DNA of 64,000 bases from a virus (lineage: Duplodnaviria; Caudoviricetes): positions 59,903 through 123,902 of the IMG/VR virus record IMGVR_UViG_2585427716_000002; one strand, written 5' to 3'. The notes under the pieces are model-generated. The model made no database searches. It saw only the letters and a list, made by a program, of their open reading frames with translations, and was not told the origin of the DNA. Position 1 is the stretch's first letter. Each line of letters opens with the position of its first letter. This document shows positions 56,952 to 64,000 of the stretch, one piece after another. Position numbers and translations under genes: made by a program.

Positions 56952-57539
56952 ATGACAGCAACTACTATTAACTCAAACAATATCAATGAAATCGTTATGG
57001 ATCTATTAAACTCTACATATATGAAAAAAGTATTCAACTTCGAGTTATTTAAGATCAAGCTACAAGATAAAGATGATGTTAAACAAGACTGCATTATTCA
57101 AATTTTAAGTGCCCTAAAAAAACAAAATGTTACGCCTGACAACCTACAGTCCTTTTGCCACACTATCATTAGAAGAACAGTAGTAGACTACTATCGGAAA
57201 GCTAATAGAAAGATAGAACAGAATTCCTCTACATTCTTCTTTTGTGATGGGATTCGTGACGGAATCAGTGCAGAAAGTAATCAAGGTGAAAATCACCCTA
57301 CAAACCACACATTTGTAGTGAGTTCGGACGAACATGGCTATGATATCTTCAACGTGAAACATGATTTCGAAACAAACAGACATCGTTTTACTCCTACTGA
57401 GCAAAACGCAATTGAATTCATGCTTTCAAACCACGTATCTATGTCTTTAAGTTTAGCAGAAATAGCAGAAGAATTACAGATCAATAAGTCCCATACTACT
57501 CGTGCATTCAAAAAACTTCGTGATATCTGTGGGTCTTAA
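56952..57539 (+). CDS. Phage sigma-70-family sigma factor
   Basis: Region 2 DDVKQD...IIRRTVVDYYRK; region 4 FTPTEQ...SLAEIAEELQINKSHTTRAFKKLR. Confidence 0.82.
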   Translation: MTATTINSNNINEIVMDLLNSTYMKKVFNFELFKIKLQDKDDVKQDCIIQILSALKKQNVTPDNLQSFCHTIIRRTVVDYYRKANRKIEQNSSTFFFCDGIRDGISAESNQGENHPTNHTFVVSSDEHGYDIFNVKHDFETNRHRFTPTEQNAIEFMLSNHVSMSLSLAEIAEELQINKSHTTRAFKKLRDICGS

Positions 57540-58054
57540 GACCTATGGATATCAATGTGAAGAATGTTTACATCTTAAACAAAAGTATATCATCGCAAAG
57601 CCTCTATGTAAATGTCTTACAGTTACGTTTTTATTACATTTATGTTACAGAACGCAACTTCTCTGGCACATGAAACGATTACTATTGTTTAAGTAACTTC
57701 ACTTCTTATATCACGAGATCATTATACATCATAGCCAAACTTATTGCAAACACCCTTTGACTTGCCCTTATTTTTGTGGTATATAGCACCATCTCTTGAA
57801 ATGTTTAGATGTACTTTGGCTGCAACTACCTCATATGTAAATGCGATCAATCATCTGAGGAATCAATACAACTCTCACCCTCACAATTATGATTGTTTTT
57901 GGTTATCTATACCTCTCCCCTCTTTTGTTAAAACATTCTGATGACGATTGATAAAATTCGCAACTGTTTTAACGGAAGTAACGATCATTATTGTGAGCGT
58001 GAGAGCAGAGACCTCAAAAGCTCAAATAACAATACTCATTGGAGGAAGATAATT

Positions 58055-58807
58055 ATGACAGCAGTAAAAGGATTAGACGCAATTCTTAGCGGAGGAACAC
58101 AATTTATTACTTTTGAGGACGGTAAGCCTTTAACGCTTTTATTCATTGACTGGTATGACGACTTGGTTGGAATTCGTGAGCATTACGAATCAACACTAAA
58201 TCCTAAATATGTCCGTTGCCCTGGTAAAGATGTTTGTCCACTTTGTGCAGCGAACCCAGGAAAATATCCAGGTTTTAAAATTAAGTTCCGTGTTTTTGAT
58301 CCAAAAGATCAAAAAGTTAAATTTGTCTCTCTTGCTAAAACACATATCCAAAAACTCAATACTGAGTTCAACCTTGAAGAGATCGACCCTACTAAGAATT
58401 TCGTAACCATTTACCGCTCCGGGAAAGGCGCTTCCGATACTAGCTATTCCGCCCGAGCTTACAGACCAAACGGCCAAGATAAACCCGAATTACAAATCCC
58501 AAACTTTGATGAGATGGGTATTGAAGTACCGTCCCTCGAAGAGCAAATCACACCACATACTCCTGAGGCTATCCAAGGGTTTATGGACGCTTTACTTGCA
58601 GGTGCCGCACAACAACAAGAACAATTCCAGCAAATGCAACAGCAACAGGAGCAATTCCAGCAAGGTCAGTACCAACAACAGCAAGGACAGTTCCCTCCAC
58701 AAGGCCAACAATTTCAGCAACAGGGTCAATTCCAACAACAAAACGGATTCCCTCCTGCGAACCAAGGTCAACAAGGACAAACATCCGGCCGCAAGCTTCC
58801 GTTTTAA
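58055..58807 (+). CDS. Single-stranded DNA-binding protein (gp32-like, Zn-binding) with Q-rich tail; start ATG 58055
   Basis: RBS GGAGG; EHY...CPGKDVCPLC, GKGASDTSYS; ends KLPF; directly upstream of the polymerase. Confidence 0.7.
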   Translation: MTAVKGLDAILSGGTQFITFEDGKPLTLLFIDWYDDLVGIREHYESTLNPKYVRCPGKDVCPLCAANPGKYPGFKIKFRVFDPKDQKVKFVSLAKTHIQKLNTEFNLEEIDPTKNFVTIYRSGKGASDTSYSARAYRPNGQDKPELQIPNFDEMGIEVPSLEEQITPHTPEAIQGFMDALLAGAAQQQEQFQQMQQQQEQFQQGQYQQQQGQFPPQGQQFQQQGQFQQQNGFPPANQGQQGQTSGRKLPF

Positions 58808-58892
58808 AGGCTGATTCACTTTACAAAGCTAACGCTATTAGACGAACTATTGGGGCGAGTAAATCGCCCCTTTATTTATAGGAGGGTTCATA

Positions 58893-61478
58893 ATGAGTGA
58901 CCAAAACACCGTAGAAGACGATATCTTGGGTGCGCTGGACAAACGAGAAAAGAAAGAAAGTACAAAAAAGACCCGCACCAAAAAGTCAGAACCTAAAAAG
59001 AAAGCCAAAAAAGTCACCAAGAAAGAACAACAGATAATAGATATTGCAAATTCGATAAAGGTTCCTGACAACTACCATTTAATTAATACACCTGAATTAT
59101 TTGAGAAATTCGTACAACATTACACGATGTACAAGACTATGTACCAAGAGCCTTACGTGTTCATTGATACAGAGACTTATGGGGTTAACCCGTTTAAGGA
59201 TGAGATTATATCAATCTCCATCGGCTTTATGGACGACAACCACTTCGATTTACCGATCAAACCATTCAAACACCCGTCATCTGTAGATGTCCCTTCTTTA
59301 GACCATACCCCAACAGTAGACACATTGCGGCCGCTTTTGCAGCAAGACAAGAAGCTTGTCTTAGCTAACGCAAAGTTTGATATCCATGTCCTCTATAACT
59401 GGTGTGATATTGATATCACATTTAATGTTTGTTGGGATACTATGGTTGCTGCTGGCCTCCTAAATGAAAATATGCCTAAGGGTCTTAAAGAATGGTACAA
59501 AACATACGCATTGCCTGACTTGGTAGCTCGGGGATTAATGGAAGATGAACGTAAATTGCCTACTTTCAAATTCGGTAGTATGTTCGACAAGATCCCGTTC
59601 GATGAAGTCCCGCACAATTTAGCAACCTACTATGCTTGTCACGATACCTTTATGACCAAAGCAGTTTTCCAATATCAAAAGTCTATATTAGAAGACCCTA
59701 CGTTCGGCCTCGATGGTGTAATGAAGCTGTTTAAAGAAGTAGAAATGCCGTTAATCCCAGTCCTCGCCACCGCAGAACGCAAGGGGATTAAAGTAGATGG
59801 GGACTTCCTAGAAAAAGATATCGGGTATGCCCTATCTAAGAAACTCGCAGAGATAAAGCAAGGTATCTACGATCATCTCGGATCGACAATTGTGTTGCAG
59901 AAAACTAAAACTCGACAAAAGAACGGGATTAAATTTAAAGAGCATTACGAAGTAACCGAGGAATTTAACTTAGGTTCCCCCGCTCAACTTTCACGTAAGC
60001 TCTATGTTGATAATAAGATCCTAGAGCCGGTTATGGAATATGACAAGGAGAGTAAGAAACAGGTACCTAAAAACAAAACAGATAAGAAGACACTTACTAG
60101 GAACAAAAACGCACACCCTGTCATACCTCTAATACTGGAGTATAGAGGACTATCTAAGTTGATTGACGCTTTTTGCAATAAACTCCCTAAAGAACCCCAA
60201 GGCACGATTGACGGAAGAATTCACTGTTCTTATAACCAATTGGTTCGGACAGGCCGTATGTCCTGCTCCAATCCAAACTTACAACAGATACCTTCTAAGT
60301 TTGACTTAATACGGTATGGGTTCAGAGCCGATGAGGGCCGCACGTTAGTATCAATCGACTTCTCGCAGCAGGAGTTACGGTGGTTAGCAATCTTTACCCA
60401 AGAACCTTCTTTAATAGAGGTATATAGTAAGGGACTAGACATGCATAGCCGAGTAACTTGTCAAGTGCATGGGTTTGACTATAACATGTTTGAACAAATC
60501 CGTAACTATAAAGGTGATACCGCCGAAGAGACAGAAAGAAATCTCAAAGAAGCCATGGATAATTGGAAATACACTGAGGAAATTCAATTTGCTATCGCCA
60601 AATATAACGCCACTTACGGCACGAATTTTGATTCTGATGTTTTGGACGATAACATTACAACTACCTTAGCAAGCTTTTTTGAATTACTTCGTAAAAAAAC
60701 TAAGTCTGTTGTATTCGGAACAGTTTACGGTATCACAGAGATCGGTCTAGCTGATCAAATTCAAGGTACCAAAGAAGAGGCCAAAGCTCTAATCGATGGA
60801 TTTAAAGCAGGATTGCCTTACTACCTCCGCTGGGAGGCTGAAACCCATAAGAAGGTTCTTGCAAGCGGTTATGTGGAAACCTGGTTAGGGAGAAAACGCC
60901 GCTTCGGAGAAACATTGCAAGAGGCTTACGCTAGCGATCTATGGAGAAAACGCAAATGGCATTGGCTAGTCGAAAAGTGCAAAAGGCAATCAACGAACGT
61001 ACTAATCCAGGGTACCTCTGCGGACCAGGTTAAAAAAGCTATGGTCGAGTTATTTTACCCTAAGCGCCCCGATGGAACTGTATGTTTTGACCGTACTGAA
61101 TGGTTGGAGAACGGCTATCAATCAAAATTGGAAGAGCACGATGTTAATCTCCTGTTACAGGTACATGACGAGTTGGTATTCGAGGCTCCTGAGACAGTTG
61201 AATGGTCAGCTTTACAAGAATTAGCTGAAATCATGCAGAATGTCATTCCTACAGAACATTTAGGTGTGCAGTTTAAGTCCGATATTGAAGCCTCTCCATA
61301 TTGGGGTGGGAACTTCTCTCCTGAGGAACTAAGCCAAATTGCTAACGGTGAGCTAGATTGGAGAGAGACTTTTGCCAAGGAAGTTAAAAAGAAAATGGAG
61401 AAAGAGTTAGGGCACGAGTACGAGTTAGGGCTATTTACAGAAAAAGATGAGGATGAAGATGAAGATCAAGCAGCGTAA
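58893..61478 (+). CDS. Family A DNA polymerase with 3'-5' exonuclease
   Basis: DTETYG, NAKFD, YACHD; TGRMSCSNPNLQQIP, DFSQQELR, KSVVFGTVYG, LQVHDEL. Confidence 0.95.
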   Translation: MSDQNTVEDDILGALDKREKKESTKKTRTKKSEPKKKAKKVTKKEQQIIDIANSIKVPDNYHLINTPELFEKFVQHYTMYKTMYQEPYVFIDTETYGVNPFKDEIISISIGFMDDNHFDLPIKPFKHPSSVDVPSLDHTPTVDTLRPLLQQDKKLVLANAKFDIHVLYNWCDIDITFNVCWDTMVAAGLLNENMPKGLKEWYKTYALPDLVARGLMEDERKLPTFKFGSMFDKIPFDEVPHNLATYYACHDTFMTKAVFQYQKSILEDPTFGLDGVMKLFKEVEMPLIPVLATAERKGIKVDGDFLEKDIGYALSKKLAEIKQGIYDHLGSTIVLQKTKTRQKNGIKFKEHYEVTEEFNLGSPAQLSRKLYVDNKILEPVMEYDKESKKQVPKNKTDKKTLTRNKNAHPVIPLILEYRGLSKLIDAFCNKLPKEPQGTIDGRIHCSYNQLVRTGRMSCSNPNLQQIPSKFDLIRYGFRADEGRTLVSIDFSQQELRWLAIFTQEPSLIEVYSKGLDMHSRVTCQVHGFDYNMFEQIRNYKGDTAEETERNLKEAMDNWKYTEEIQFAIAKYNATYGTNFDSDVLDDNITTTLASFFELLRKKTKSVVFGTVYGITEIGLADQIQGTKEEAKALIDGFKAGLPYYLRWEAETHKKVLASGYVETWLGRKRRFGETLQEAYASDLWRKRKWHWLVEKCKRQSTNVLIQGTSADQVKKAMVELFYPKRPDGTVCFDRTEWLENGYQSKLEEHDVNLLLQVHDELVFEAPETVEWSALQELAEIMQNVIPTEHLGVQFKSDIEASPYWGGNFSPEELSQIANGELDWRETFAKEVKKKMEKELGHEYELGLFTEKDEDEDEDQAA

Positions 61479-61588
61479 GGTGGCCTTAGGGTCACCTTTT
61501 TTGTTGCAGCTAATAATTTCTCGCAACTATTGAAGATTGCTAAACGATAACTATTTTGAAGTTAAGAACATTTAAGGAGAGATTCATT

Positions 61589-61966
61589 ATGGCAACGAAT
61601 CATCAGGAAATTAAAGAAATTGTGGTTGTAGAGTTCGACCCTACACTCAAACATTACGATTTTAAAAACTGCCTTGAAGGCATTTCGATAGGAGACAGTG
61701 TTGTTGTAGACACAAGGAATGGAGTCAGAGCCGGTACAGTAGTCGGATTCAAAAACGACTCTAAATTAGCAGACAGGTGGATCATTCAAAGAGTAGATTT
61801 AGAAGGCCACAAAGAGCGCTTAGAGAAAGAAAAAGAGAGAATTGCTGTAAAGGCCCAAATGGAGAAACGACGCAAAGAACTTGAAGAGTTAGAAGTCTAC
61901 CAAAGCTTAGCTGATAACGATAAAAGAATGGCCGACCTACTGAGTAACTACAAGGCACTAGCATAA
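61589..61966 (+). CDS. Hypothetical protein (start ATG 61589)
   Basis: RBS AAGGAG; CGCAACT promoter at 61522. Confidence 0.7.
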   Translation: MATNHQEIKEIVVVEFDPTLKHYDFKNCLEGISIGDSVVVDTRNGVRAGTVVGFKNDSKLADRWIIQRVDLEGHKERLEKEKERIAVKAQMEKRRKELEELEVYQSLADNDKRMADLLSNYKALA

Positions 61967-61981
61967 GGAGGACGAAGGGAA

Positions 61982-62191
61982 ATGGAAAACACTAGACCGC
62001 TTTTTATTAAGCTCACTCATTTAAAGACAGGAAAGCCTACGTACATCAAGGCTAACAACATCACAAGTGTACGACAAAACGATGAAGGGGTAACTCTAGT
62101 TCTACAGGGAGACAGTGGTCAGTATGTCAAGGAAAGTGTTGAGTACGTTATTGACGTGTTGACTATGTACGGTTTTGGGTTTATTGATTAA
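61982..62191 (+). CDS. Small FlbD-like hypothetical protein
   Basis: FIKLT...YIKANNITSV...VKESVEYV pattern; RBS AAGGAGG. Confidence 0.55.
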   Translation: MENTRPLFIKLTHLKTGKPTYIKANNITSVRQNDEGVTLVLQGDSGQYVKESVEYVIDVLTMYGFGFID

Positions 62192-62513
62192 TTATATCCC
62201 TATTCTAACTTTATTAGTCATTATCGGGACACCCTTAGTAATTTGTGCTATTTCTGACTGGTGGGACATAAAAAGAAGGTAATAAACCTCACCTTACATT
62301 ACTTATACCGAGTTCCTACAGTCGACACACAAAACACTACCTACTAGTTCATATTTCCGACAATGCATGTACTGATACGTAGTAGTTACCTCTTCATGTA
62401 GTCATATTCAAAGTCAGTTGTTCATTGATTCTAATTGACGCAATCAGGAGGGTAATGTTAATATTATCCCAGCGAAAGCCCTCCTGTATCTACCAATGAA
62501 GGAGGAACTTTCT

Positions 62514-63680
62514 ATGAGAGGTTCAGTTAAGCAAGACAAGAAAACTAAGAAGTGGTTTTACGAAGTAACAGTCAGTACAGACCCTGTTACCGGGAAACGA
62601 AAGCGCAAGAAGAAGCGGGGATTTGCTACAGAGAAAGCAGCACAGAAAGCCCTCACAGCACTTCTTGCAGAAATCCAAAACGAAGGGTATGTCGACCCTT
62701 CCAAGGTACCGCTCAGTAATTATTTAGCGGAGTTTCTAAAGGTACGTTCAACTGAACTAGAAAAAGAAACTTTCAAGATGGAAAAAGGTAACATGGAGAC
62801 ACACGTGATACCTGAGCTAGGTAAACTAGCTTTAGGGAAAATCACTAGTGATCGTTTGCAGAAGTTCATTAACAAACTCTTAGAGGAAAAAGGCTTGCAA
62901 GCCTCTTCTGTCAAACGAATATTCGACCCTTTAAGAATCGCATTAGACAGAGCTGTTATGAGGGGCCTTATTCGTGAGAATCCGGCAAACGCTGTGATAA
63001 AACCTAAAATTACCCGTGCTGAGATGACTGTATGGTCAAGAGAAGATGTAATAAGATTCCTCAATTTCGCAAAGAAAGATCGGATGTTTATGCTCTTCCA
63101 TTTAGCATTCACCACAGGATTAAGACAAGGTGAGTTATTAGGACTGCGTTGGAAGGATCTAGACATGGAGCAAGGATTACTAAGAGTAACACAAGTTCTT
63201 ACAAGAGATGGAGAACTAAAACCCAGAGGAAAATCGGCTGCCGCTACTCGTGCAGTTACATTGATGGATGAAACCATACAGTTACTTAAAAAGCACAAAG
63301 CAATGCTGGCAAGCGAAAAATTGGCGGCAGGGGAAAAATACAAGGATTTCGGCTTAATACTGCCAAGTTCTAAAGGTACTCCCCTACTCCACAGAAACAC
63401 GAACCGCTCATTTGATCGCCTAGTGAAAGAGTATAATGAATTAGCGGACAAAATGAAAGAAGTAAATAATATCGAGGTCCCTAAATTAGAGAAGATCAGG
63501 TTCCATGATATGAGGCATACCCACGCCACCTTACTTCTGTTGGCAGGAGAAAATCCTAAAATAGTAGCTGAACGTCTAGGCCACTCAAAGGTTAGTGTTA
63601 CATTAGATACTTACTCTCACGTTCTACCTAACATGCAAAAAGATGTGGCTAACAAACTAGCAGAAGTTCTAAATGGATGA
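62514..63680 (+). CDS. int: Tyrosine integrase (start ATG 62514)
   Basis: Arm-binding N-terminus; TGLRQGEL, FHDMRHTHA, ERLGH, TLDTYSH; RBS AAGGAGG. Confidence 0.95.
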   Translation: MRGSVKQDKKTKKWFYEVTVSTDPVTGKRKRKKKRGFATEKAAQKALTALLAEIQNEGYVDPSKVPLSNYLAEFLKVRSTELEKETFKMEKGNMETHVIPELGKLALGKITSDRLQKFINKLLEEKGLQASSVKRIFDPLRIALDRAVMRGLIRENPANAVIKPKITRAEMTVWSREDVIRFLNFAKKDRMFMLFHLAFTTGLRQGELLGLRWKDLDMEQGLLRVTQVLTRDGELKPRGKSAAATRAVTLMDETIQLLKKHKAMLASEKLAAGEKYKDFGLILPSSKGTPLLHRNTNRSFDRLVKEYNELADKMKEVNNIEVPKLEKIRFHDMRHTHATLLLLAGENPKIVAERLGHSKVSVTLDTYSHVLPNMQKDVANKLAEVLNG

Positions 63681-63794
63681 TAGGTTTTATTTTCCCACCA
63701 AAGGAGGTGATGTACAACCTCCTTTAAGCGCCGCCCTATTGGCTGTCACCGATAGGGTTGGCATGGGATGTGATCACCATATTTCAGATTTTTG

Positions 63795-63813
63795 GTCGCC
63801 AATCCGTCGCCAA
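63795..63813. repeat. Direct repeat GTCGCCAA x2, candidate integrase arm-type sites
   Basis: ggtcgccaatccgtcgccaaaa between the integrase and the att junction. Confidence 0.45.
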
Positions 63814-63839
63814 AACTGATTTATTTAGGTGGGGTACCC

Positions 63840-63887
63840 AAAAAGAGAAAAACAAAAAGACACTTTGCTCTGTCAAACAAAGTGCCT
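63840..63887 (-). terminator. Terminator downstream of tRNA-Val
   Basis: GGCACTTTG...CAAAGTGTC hairpin followed by T-runs on the minus strand. Confidence 0.7.
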
Positions 63888-63895
63888 TCAACCCA

Positions 63896-63967
63896 TGAGG
63901 CGTACTGGGTTCGAACCAGTGACCTCTTGCCTGTCAAGCAAGCGTTCTCCCACTGAACTAACGCCTC
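63896..63967 (-). tRNA. tRNA-Val(GAC), complete, CCA not encoded
   Basis: GAGGCGT/ACGCCTC acceptor, GTTC/GAAC D-stem, CTTGC-TTGACAG-GCAAG anticodon arm, ACTGG-TTCGAAC-CCAGT T-arm, A73. Confidence 0.95.
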
Positions 63968-63985
63968 GCAATATGATGTCACAAT

Positions 63986-64000
63986 CCTGTCAAGGTAGCG
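63986..64000 (-). other. Probable att junction: 5' part of a second tRNA-Val(GAC) broken just after its anticodon loop
   Basis: Minus strand CG-CTACC-TTGACAG-G, then non-tRNA sequence ATTGTGACATC. Confidence 0.6.

Larger units (their letters stand above)
1..63993. mobile_element. Temperate prophage (siphovirus-like); left part continues outside the window, right junction probably at ~63987-63993
   Basis: Head/tail/packaging operon, replication module and tyrosine integrase next to a tRNA; no host housekeeping genes seen. Confidence 0.93.

Noticed and set aside
62720-63529. 269-aa antisense ORF in the integrase and similar shadow ORFs throughout
   Set aside because: They overlap well-supported genes and lack an RBS or recognisable motifs
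1-64000. Arbitrium system, reverse transcriptase/DGR, holin-endolysin cassette
   Set aside because: No TPR receptor with a peptide gene, no RT motifs and no clear endolysin in this window; they may lie in the unseen part of the prophage

Overview
The whole window is the right-hand ~64 kb of a large temperate, siphovirus-type prophage. The host is a Bacillus; the phage NrdE/NrdF closely resemble B. subtilis-group class Ib RNR. From left to right: (i) 1-25.8 kb, minus-strand virion morphogenesis operon (tail-tip proteins with SLH-like and M23 domains, tape measure, frameshifted tail chaperone, major tail, head-tail joiners, major capsid, protease/scaffold, portal, TerL, thymidine kinase, TerS); (ii) 25.9-34.8 kb, nucleotide metabolism (nrdEF, thyX, dCMP deaminase), morons and a ~450-nt non-coding block holding two tRNA-like RNAs; (iii) 34.9-38.5 kb, a distinct segment with a Xer/dif-like site, a 3-kb GATC-free stretch and a four-DnaA-box promoter; (iv) 38.5-62.3 kb, plus-strand early/middle genes (two HTH regulators, SNF2 helicase, nucleotidyltransferase, initiator, loader, helicase, primase, sigma factor, SSB, family A polymerase); (v) tyrosine integrase, a complete tRNA-Val(GAC) and what looks like the att junction inside the anticodon loop of a second, truncated tRNA-Val(GAC). 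Three promoter classes can be read from the DNA. The best candidate for an undescribed system is the pair of anticodon-less, double-T-loop tRNA/tmRNA-like RNAs at 26.27-26.61 kb. Next come the tRNA-replacement integration and the GATC-free/DnaA-box/Xer-site segment. All calls come from reading motifs by eye; no database searches were run.
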